Positions 63,766 to 64,000 of a DNA stretch of 64,000 nucleotides are shown here, in pieces; within the stretch, counting starts at the first letter, position 1, and the number at the start of each line of letters is the position of its first letter. Below the pieces are notes generated by a model. It was not told the DNA's origin and did no database searches. It was given only the letters and a program-made list of their open reading frames with translations. The position numbers and the translations under genes are program-made. This DNA comes from an uncultured Planctomycetaceae bacterium (lineage in GTDB: Bacteria > Planctomycetota > Phycisphaerae > SM23-33): NCBI GenBank assembly GCA_964607575.1, contig CAZSLS010000001.1:45316-109315 (forward strand), read 5' to 3'.

Positions 63766-63884
63766 AATAATACGCACGAATAGACCGATCTCAAAGAAGA
63801 AAATATTAATTGTGGTATGTTTTTTCCCTGTTCACTGCGGTGGTTCGCGGGCCTGTGAGGAGTTCTGTCTTTGCGGGCATGCAC

Positions 63885-63924
63885 AAAAAAAAGTGCAACC
63901 CCCTGCAATAGCAGAGGGTTGCAC
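63885..63924 (-). terminator. Rho-independent terminator for a minus-strand transcript entering from beyond the window
   Basis: gtgcaaccccctgc, loop aata, gcagagggttgcac (14-bp stem, one mismatch). On the minus strand it is followed by T8 (A-run at 63885-63892 on plus). Confidence 0.6.
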
Positions 63925-64000
63925 AGGATGACCCCACGGAGACTCGAACAGGGGGACGTAACGAGCGGTAATTCCAAGGGTTTAGGGGAATCGACAGAAT

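Noticed and set aside
63925-64000. A tRNA/tmRNA-like T-loop sequence (minus strand ...CCCCCTGTTCGAGTCTCCGTGGGG...) just upstream of the terminator hairpin.
   Set aside because: The bases flanking TTCGAGT cannot form a 5-bp T-stem, no acceptor or CCA-compatible end is present, and the element is cut by the window edge. It may be the 3' end of some other RNA or of a gene outside the window.

Overview
About 60% G+C by hand counts on sample lines. This is a densely coded bacterial chromosomal segment with about 55 protein genes, many of them linked by ATGA or TGATG stop/start overlaps. The gene content suggests a Planctomycetota (Phycisphaerae-like) organism, which is inference only. The supporting genes are two PEP-CTERM cargo proteins, Tat-signal Gfo/Idh/MocA and ThuA/PmoA-like proteins, tandem sialate O-acetylesterases, a type IV pilin-like remnant, and many secreted hypothetical proteins.

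Recognisable modules:
- A sensor kinase with a CXXCH heme sensor domain.
- A translationally coupled hydroxyproline epimerase plus three-subunit D-hydroxyproline-dehydrogenase-like operon.
- A nagB plus DUF4954 pair.
- A formate dehydrogenase module (fdhD, an unlisted 58-aa ORF, then NuoE-like, extended NuoF-like and Cys-type FdhA).
- An orphan methyl-H4folate methyltransferase-like gene.
- A coupled M16 peptidase / cyclodeaminase-family / Zn-ribbon / LolA-like lipoprotein / RDD operon.
- Housekeeping genes: priA, an HTH-EIIA fusion, DUF58, htrA, hsp20, lon, yggS and a DJ-1/PfpI gene.

I saw no rRNA, tRNA, CRISPR array, intact transposase or recognisable multi-gene defence system.

The most unusual region is a compositional islet at about 29.7-34.6 kb. 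Its core is a solitary phage-T4-type Rnl2 RNA ligase gene at about 36% G+C. Next to it is a 680-bp ORF-free, hairpin-rich region containing a near-consensus promoter and a roughly 310-nt leader.

A second candidate non-coding element lies downstream of lon: a near-consensus promoter followed by three nested stem-loops.

I could not demonstrate a clear novel multi-gene system. The findings below are ranked candidates, and all functional calls rest on motif recognition by eye, not database searches.
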